Assembly: GCA_964247055.1 (NCBI GenBank)
Contig: OZ176052.1
Span: forward strand, 7,006,001-7,070,000
Reading direction: 5' to 3'
Length of the DNA stretch: 64,000 nt
From: Paragordius varius
Taxonomy: Eukaryota; Animalia; Nematomorpha
Shown: positions 51,602 through 64,000 of the stretch, piece after piece
How positions within the stretch are numbered: position 1 is the stretch's first letter
How the letters are laid out: each line of letters opens with the position of its first letter
The notes under the pieces: model-generated
What the model was told of the DNA's origin: nothing
Seen by the model: the letters and a program-made list of their open reading frames with translations, nothing else
The model's database searches: none
Made by a program: the position numbers and the translations under genes

Positions 51602-54600
51602 TTATTTATTGCATAATGAGTATATATGAAGAGTGGGAATATATAAAAAAACAGAATTTCCCAAACGCTTATGCTCTGCCGAGTACAAATCTTCTTTCTC
51701 ACAATTTTGGTTTTGCATTGGCTCAAACATAATTTTGATTCTTTTATGTTTTTGTTCCATTTTATGGGATTTATCATTGACTAGATTGGACTCCGTCAAA
51801 AGTTTATCATTAGTTTTGCTTGATTCCGTGTATTCATGTAATACTTGTAAGGATGTTGCATTGTATTGACATATGCGTGCCAAATTTTGTAATTCATGTA
51901 TGGAAAAACTAAACAATGTGAAATTCGAAGATGTATGTAAGGATTCATTAACCAAAACATTGGTAGATTTTAGGGTCGAAACAACTTTTTGTAATTTGTG
52001 ACCAATAAATTTGAATGATTCTGAAAGTTTGGCATAATGTTGATTTTGTATCTCAACATTAATATTACTTTTATACGTTTCGTATTTGGACAACCAAAAT
52101 TGCTCCGAGGTGATTGGTGACAATAAATGCATTCGTTTGGCAAACGATAACTAATTTATATATAAATGATGTCTTGTTACAACCCACATTATAAATTAAA
52201 AATTTTTAAAGTGTAAGCCAAATCATTGGCTAGAAAGGTTTTGTTATTGGCACGTAACGAAAAAACTGCACGTATGTAAGCTAGTATAAATTTTCCTTTC
52301 GTTTAAATTTAACATAATGAATGATTAGGCTAGTGGTTCCCACTCTTTTATTTATTGACGCCCCACCATATTGAAAAATATAAATCTTGCGCCTCCCCCC
52401 TTACTCCAAAAGATAAAAAAATTATTATAATATTATAAAAATCATAAACAATGGGATCCTTGTATCAGCAATTGTTGAACTATTTTTTCTATATCAGTGA
52501 CACTTGATTCACCTGAAATCCTCATATACCTTCAATTTGTTTTTAGTACCCCCTAAATTTCCTTTGGGAACCACTGATTTAGGAAAAGATGTGAAAATAT
52601 TTATACTCCCATACATGCAAAAAATTTCCCCCTATCAGCCAATCAGATTAGCCAATACTTACCACTGTTTAATTAGCTAAGTAAAAAAAATTGTTTAACA
52701 GCAAAAATAAAACTATTTTATAAAGTTATTTTAAAATTTCACAAAAAATATTTAAAGCTCTAAAAATAATTGCATAGTTTATTTTATGAAAAATACTTGA
52801 TCATTATGAAAAGGGGTACTGGGTCCTTTAACAATGGCATCAATTAAAAGTTTAGATATGAGGTTTTTGTAAGTTTGGAATAAACTAATACACACATCAT
52901 CCAAAGCAGATAGGCTTTCGTTAGAAGGGCATTTTAAGCCATAAATTTCTTCTAAATACCTGTATTTATTAATTAATATAATATTAATAATTAAAATTAA
53001 AATTGCATGATTTTTACCAATAAATGTAGGGTAACTCTTGAATCGAATATAAATGAGTGTAAAATCCAAGCAAAACTATTTTAACGTGAGTTGCATGGGT
53101 AAGTTTTTGAATGTATTCTGATTTCGTGAATTTCAACTAAAATATAAAAAAAAATAATAAAATAATATTGTTAGGGTGTTAAACAAAAAAATTTATATGC
53201 ATCCTTCCAAATAACTTTTATACATAATCTTTAAAACAATTTCAATATAAAAATTTGAAAAAAATCAGTGTTACACCTTTTTGTAGTGTCACGAGATTTA
53301 TATAATAATTTATAAAAATTTAAAAGAACGTATAACCTAAAATTTATGATAATATATACCTGGAAAGGAAAGATGCTTAGCAATGATTGTTGATAAAGTT
53401 TCAGTTTTAACATTGGATGATGCAATTCAATAAAGGGTATTGTATTAAAAATGGTTTCTATACATTTTTCTTGGCTTATTACGCCCATGAACGATTGGGG
53501 GATGGTACAACTTTGAAGCATTGAATCATATAGATTTGTGTTATCAATTTCTTTTTCGTTTAAATTTAATGATAAATGATTGAGTGATAATTCAATGTCT
53601 GGTATTTCATTGTTTCCTTGATTATGGCCAATATTTAAAAAACGTCGAAATTGATCTACCCATTGATGGTTTAACAGTGTTGTACGGTATAGAATGTTGT
53701 ATAGAATGGATCTGAGAGTCAAAAAATTGGTATCATAAATTTGTAATTTTAGAGAAAGTATGTGCATCCTTTGGAATAATATTATGATAAATTATTTTAG
53801 GTTATATACCATTTTTCAGTTGAGAGCACCATTTTTTCAAGCCAACGCAACATTTTCAAAAAAAGACAAATAAAAAAATAGTGCGTTTGGCTGAAAAAGG
53901 TGCTTTTGAAAATGATAAAAAATATATAACATCCTATTTTAACTAAAACCTAAAAAAATAACCAATTTTCGTTTCGTAAAAAACTTTTTTTACAAATTTA
54001 AAAAATTATTAACAAAAATATTTGAAGCATGCTTACCGAGTTAACAATGAAGCATTCATGGTATCAGTATCTAAAAAAAGCAGGGACGTTAAAGTGAGAG
54101 GATTATTTAGCTTCTCATATATATCGGTCACCGGGTGATTTAAATCATCATAAAATGTAAAATTCATCGCAAAAGGAATATTATTGCTACTTGCTTCACC
54201 GTATTCTGGGGACTGTTTTAACTTTATATTTTGATGTAAACATTTTAATCCATACATGAGATATACAATGGTTTGTGAATAAAATTGGCGGAAAGCCATG
54301 TGTGGTGGTATCAAATTAATTTTTTTAGGGAAAGAACATGGTAATTTGTGTATATTTATAAGAGGGTCAAATCCAAATTTATCCAACAGCTCCTGACATA
54401 TAATATAGTCACAAGATGATTTTAGTAATAAATCTTGATGGCAGTTATGGTCAGGTTTGTTTTCGTCTGCAAAACCATTCATGTTTGTAATATTTCCAAC
54501 ATTAAAGTTTGAGTGATGTGGAGAATAAAAGTAACCATCCATATATATTTGCTGTATGGAAGTTAACACTCTTATCATTTCATCAATGTTTTCAAGTGTG

Positions 54601-56948
54601 ATAGTATCTCTACATGCAGAAAATATATTATATAAATGATATAAATCATTTTTTGGACAACCAAAAAATGCTGTTTTTTATTTTCTAAAAATGATATTTT
54701 AAGAGCTAATATCTCTTCTAAGATAAATAAACATGATAAAAACTTTAAATATTGTGAAAAAATTTAACACAAATTAAGACCTGATAATTAACATGAATGG
54801 GTAAGCAAATCCTAAACCATACATATATTTCGTTAAAAAATATTTGACCAAGTTATGACAGCAATAATTGTAAAAATAAATTGGTTATTTAATGAAAATT
54901 TAAAGGGAACACAATCGCTATGATCACGTAATTACACCGTTACATTTTCACAATGCACCGCGATATCGATTACATAGAAATTCTTATACAAGACAAAAGA
55001 GGATAGAAAAAACCAATAATAGGCTATTTTTAATAATTTTAGTACAGATATTAATATTTGAGCATTGGTCAGTTTTAGCTTATAAAGGCTGTATATTTAA
55101 TATTTAAATATTTTTACGTGTTACCTATTTCAAACACATTAAAATAAAAAAATACTTTTCGAAAAAAGAGAAAAAGTAAGCCATCTTCCTAAGGAACTCC
55201 AATCTATATAATACATCTTTGGATTTCGCATTCGATCGTGGTTTCGATATGAAACCATTTTTGGTTTTGGTATAATTTTCGCAAATCTAACATAAAAAGA
55301 AGTGTATTAGCATAGTCATAAAAAATATAAAATACTTTATTAACATATAATTTTATTCGTGTTTAATTTTCAACCTAATATTTTTTAAATTACAATTTTA
55401 AATACTGTTAGAGATTAGAATGCATATGATAAAATGTTTTTATATTTGAATAAAATGGATAATTTTTAAATAAAGTTAATATTTATCTCACAATTTTGTA
55501 AAAATGTAATAATAAAAGTTTCAATTTAAAAACATTATTTTTAAATTCGAGAAAAATATAATCCAAATATGATATGCATTAAAAATAAATTCTTATCCAG
55601 AATATATAAAAAACTAATAATTTGCAATATTATATTTATAATATTAATAATAAAATGCCATGATTTTGAATTTAACGGCAGAGATTTGGTAGTTTTTTGT
55701 TTTAATTTTAATCGGTGGGCTATCAAACCTCATAAAATCCATTTAATAAATGAGTGCTTATTGTTAAGCAAGCATTTTTATTTTGCTTATTAAAATTGTC
55801 CGTTTTTAGTTTATTAAGTACAGATTAATTTCAGGTAACAAATTTTAAAATGATTAACAATCGTAATAAATGGTATCTTTACAAGGCATGAATAAGACCT
55901 GCTCTTACCTATGGTTCTGAAACATGAGCGTTAAACAAAACTAATCAAACAAAACTACTAACCAGTGAGAACCAAATACTCAAAAGCTGCTTTCGTACAC
56001 CAGAAATACCAACTTTCATTAAAAAAACCGACAAAATCAATTATATCATTCAAACTAATAGATTGCGTCTCTACGGTCATACTCAGAGAAGAGACGCCAC
56101 CCATCCTTTAAAAACTGTTGAAAACATTAATGTTGATGGCAATATAAGAAAGGGACGACCACTCTTTTCTTATAATGATAATATAAAAATGGACTTGAAT
56201 CAACGTAACCTTTCCAAACAATGCAAAGATCGTAATTTATGGAGGAAATTACTTCGCGGATACAAGACTCCGAATATGGAGTCCTAATATTATCCATCCA
56301 ATAAATGTGTATATAATGCGTTTCTCTCTCTTTCAAAATGATAAAATTTAATTAAACACCGTATTGTATATCCATAAAATATATATATATACCAATGTTA
56401 GTTGATCAATTAAATGTGGAAGATAAATTGTAGAGTGTAATGCCAAATCATTGCTATATTCAAAAAATTCTTCTGCACAGTAAATGTTAGCAGTTTGAAT
56501 TATTTCCCGTATTATTGAACATATTTTCAATACTGTGAGACATATTGTTTTCATTTGACAATTATATTAAATAAATGGATACCTTTCACATTCAAGCGGA
56601 TTACGCAAATGATGTATAATCAACAATGTTTGATCGGAATTATTGCCATCTAACCACAATTGTAGCATGACAAAAATATGATCAAAAAACCAAATAAAAT
56701 CATCTTCAGAAAAATGTTTGACCAACTTTAATGCATTATGCGACTTTGTCGCAAGTAAAACACCGATATCCATTTTCGGCTCCATTATTTCAATGGCAGT
56801 CATTGCCTCATAAAGACCTACTTGTTAATGTTATGTTACTAAATTCTGAATCATGGACAAGTTCTCCTCGATCTAGGGTTTTGCAAGCGCTGAGAAACTC
56901 ATTTGTAATTTCTTTTTCCCTGAACAAATTTAAATGCGAGAAATTCAT
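51602..56948 (-). CDS. NAA35: NAA35/Mak10, NatC N-terminal acetyltransferase auxiliary subunit (divergent)
   Basis: Exons 56948-56840, 56817-56583, ~56561-56393, 55286-55156, 54609-54037, 53711-53360, 53136-53036, 52959-52797, 52150-51602; a small exon between the last two may be missing. Motifs: EITNEFLSACKTLDRGELVHD-SEFSLYEAMTAIEIMEPKMD (cf. human [37 protein letters not shown]), WLDGNNSDQT, MKTICLTVLKIC, FGFDPLINIHKLPCSFP, SLLTRSIL. Confidence 0.85.
52331..52576. mobile_element. Old hAT MITE in a NAA35 intron
   Basis: TIRs (C/T)AGTGGTTCCCA; degenerate TSD GATTAGGC / ATTTAGGA with central TA. Confidence 0.6.
55860..56285 (+). mobile_element. RTE-like LINE 3' fragment in a NAA35 intron
   Basis: IRPALTYGSET*...RLRLYGHTQRR...GNIRKGRP...DNIKMDL...DRNLWR, the typical post-RT C-terminal region of RTE-clade LINEs; contains a stop. 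Confidence 0.8.
56818..56839 (-). other. 22-nt micro-intron, NAA35 intron 1
   Basis: GTAACATAACATTAACAAGTAG. Removal gives HDSEF-S-LYEAM, matching HDKLF-G-LFEAM. Retention shifts the frame to a TGA. Confidence 0.85.
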
Positions 56949-57005
56949 GGATCATATTAAATGACTTTCGTTCATGTCAACATTTGTTAATTCATATGTT
57001 TGCTC
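56949..57005. promoter_or_regulatory. 57-nt interval between the divergent NAA35 and TMEM259 start codons; candidate bidirectional or overlapping promoter
   Basis: Inferred only from the positions of the two ATGs. No promoter motif recognised. Confidence 0.4.
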
Positions 57006-62045
<5,040 letters not shown>

Positions 62046-64000
62046 GTAAATTATAAATAAAAAATTTTGTAATTGGTAGAATTTTAAAATGTCTAAGTTG
62101 AGTAATTAGGGCGTTCAATTCATACATTTTTTGCGCATATCTAATAGTTTCACCATCAACCACCACACAATTAAAATTACTGTCATCCAGTCAAGCGGAT
62201 TCTATACAAATCCGATTTTAAGCTTTAGAAAATCATAATCTTATGATAGTCAATAATTAAAAAATTTATTTAGTTGGACTAATATGGTTATTAGCAAAAA
62301 ATTAACATATATTTATCCAAATGATTGGAAAATGTATATGGTTGGTCTTTCCAATGAAGCCAATGCATTGATTGATAGTCAGGCCCCTTAGGTCAAAGTC
62401 AATTTTTTTATCATTTTTCGCTCCTTCTATCGACGCCAAAAATGTTTTTATTTACAATGGATTTTTAAGGATGCAATGCATCTCTCCTTTGAATACGGAT
62501 GTATTGTGAATAAAATAATAAGTTTTATCTGTTTCTTTTCATAAATATGGGCAATTCTGGTAGTCCGGCAGCAACTTTTTGAATATAATATTTTCATTAG
62601 CTTGAAGATTTTTTGATTTGTTTTAATTATTATGTTCCATATTACGGAATCGTAAGTAATAAATGGTCTTTTTCTTGCTCTATCTAATATATTTGTTTTT
62701 AATCAATCTTAGAACAAGGAGAAAATATTTGATACAACAAACAGTAGACTCAAAATACCGCAATTCAATATGCTTGGACAGATTTGTTCATTACCTAATA
62801 CTTAACCCATATAAAAGCCCCGTGAGACGATCAATATATTGTTTGGGATGTTAATGTGATTTTTACGTTATGTTATATTTTTACTGAATTAATCATAATA
62901 TGTTAACTAACCTTCACATTATTGTTGTTTAACTGCTCACACATTTTTATATAAATATTAATTATATTTAAATGATAAAAAATAAATCGAAATGCTTTTT
63001 ATATACGTAGATATTAAATTATGTGCAATAAATAATTTATTTGATTGAATTTTACGTATTTTAATACAATTAAAGAAAAATATTTAATATTTGTAAAAGG
63101 CACTGGTATTGCGATAATGTACAGAAAAAGATAACTTCAACTTTTATCAAATATTTGAATGGCCGTTGAAATATGATTGGTAATCTAAGACGTATTAAAG
63201 CAAAATAAATTAAAATAATAATCAAAATCAAATTATTTGAAAAAAACTTAGCACCACCTCAGTATAGTAATCAAGAAGGGTTTGCAAAATTAGTTTTATG
63301 AGATTTCTAAAATCTGTTGCACATTCATTTCGGAAGTAATTCATTTCGGCCAACGTTAAATAACTGATTACATCCATTCGTTTATTTATATTTTGTAAAT
63401 CAGTCGCGGTAGGATTCGAAATTAAGTGTTCTAGATTGGAGTTACATATAAAATTTTTACCTCCCGACTCTAAAGATTTTTGAAGCTCTTTGACTTTGGT
63501 AAAGGCGCTCTAAACATAATATCAAATTTAAAGTTAAAAATATGGTTTGTAATTTTTACAGTTAAATTTGTAATTTTAATATGCATATAAATTATGATGT
63601 ATCACTATCAGTAGCCTATTGGCAATATCGGTATTTAAAATGGCTGGAAGGATAAATTACATATATGTTGGTATGTATGATCTTATTCTTATCAGTAACA
63701 TAGTTTCGTGAGAAGTTCGCATAATGAATTATCATGTTAGCAATTTTAATGTAAATGTAACCATCAAAAATGAAAAATTTTACACAGATAGACATGTAAC
63801 ACAATTCCCTAGGTGTATTATTTTACTGCTCTTGATCCACCTTAAACACAACGTGGAAAATTTTTCTTTACACCAATATGGCTAATAAAATCGCCGTCTT
63901 GTTTGTGGTTGGATCATTAATGTTTTTTACAGAAAACCCAAATATTTTATTTAAGCAAATTATTTGCTCATTAGGAAATAAATGAATGTTAAAGGCAGTT

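Noticed and set aside
53337-53359. Apparent 23-nt GT-AG micro-intron in NAA35
   Set aside because: Removal leads to stops within 9 codons. A single 53359-53137 intron is phase-consistent and aligns without gaps.
56567-56569. TAA reassigned as a sense codon (alternative genetic code) to explain the in-frame stop in NAA35
   Set aside because: ROR, NUDT9, NAA35 and the GPCRs all terminate at TAA, and read-through would add a 7-residue insertion.
62090-64000. Possible convergent minus-strand gene at the right edge
   Set aside because: Short open segments only, with no consistent splice chain or family motif.

Overview
Eukaryotic (bilaterian invertebrate) genomic DNA, very AT-rich and TE-rich. 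The species cannot be determined from the sequence. Most entries in the supplied ORF track are single exons, antisense shadows or TE noise. I reconstructed genes by hand from GT-AG junctions and reading-frame phase, and assigned families from remembered motifs; no database searches were run. Gene order: (1) ROR-family receptor tyrosine kinase (+, ~4.7-15.05 kb, at least 14 exons) with no kringle domain and NIG in place of DFG. (2) NUDT9 ADP-ribose pyrophosphatase (-, 19864-15373). (3) A TE-dense interval holding Helitrons, several hAT elements with 8-bp TSDs, MITEs, a foldback element and RTE-like LINE remnants. (4) A large uncharacterised multi-exon gene (-, ~42.3 to <=29.4 kb) with fucolectin/F5-8C-like and Ig-like motifs. 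(5) Three tandem intronless atypical class-A GPCRs (+, 45.8-51.4 kb). (6) NAA35/Mak10 (-, 56948-51602), head-to-head with (7) membralin/TMEM259 (+, from 57006), their ATGs only 57 nt apart. The most striking signal is a class of 21-35 nt micro-introns that three conserved housekeeping genes need to keep their reading frames. One of them has no AG acceptor. They coexist with ordinary introns of 69 to >2000 nt.
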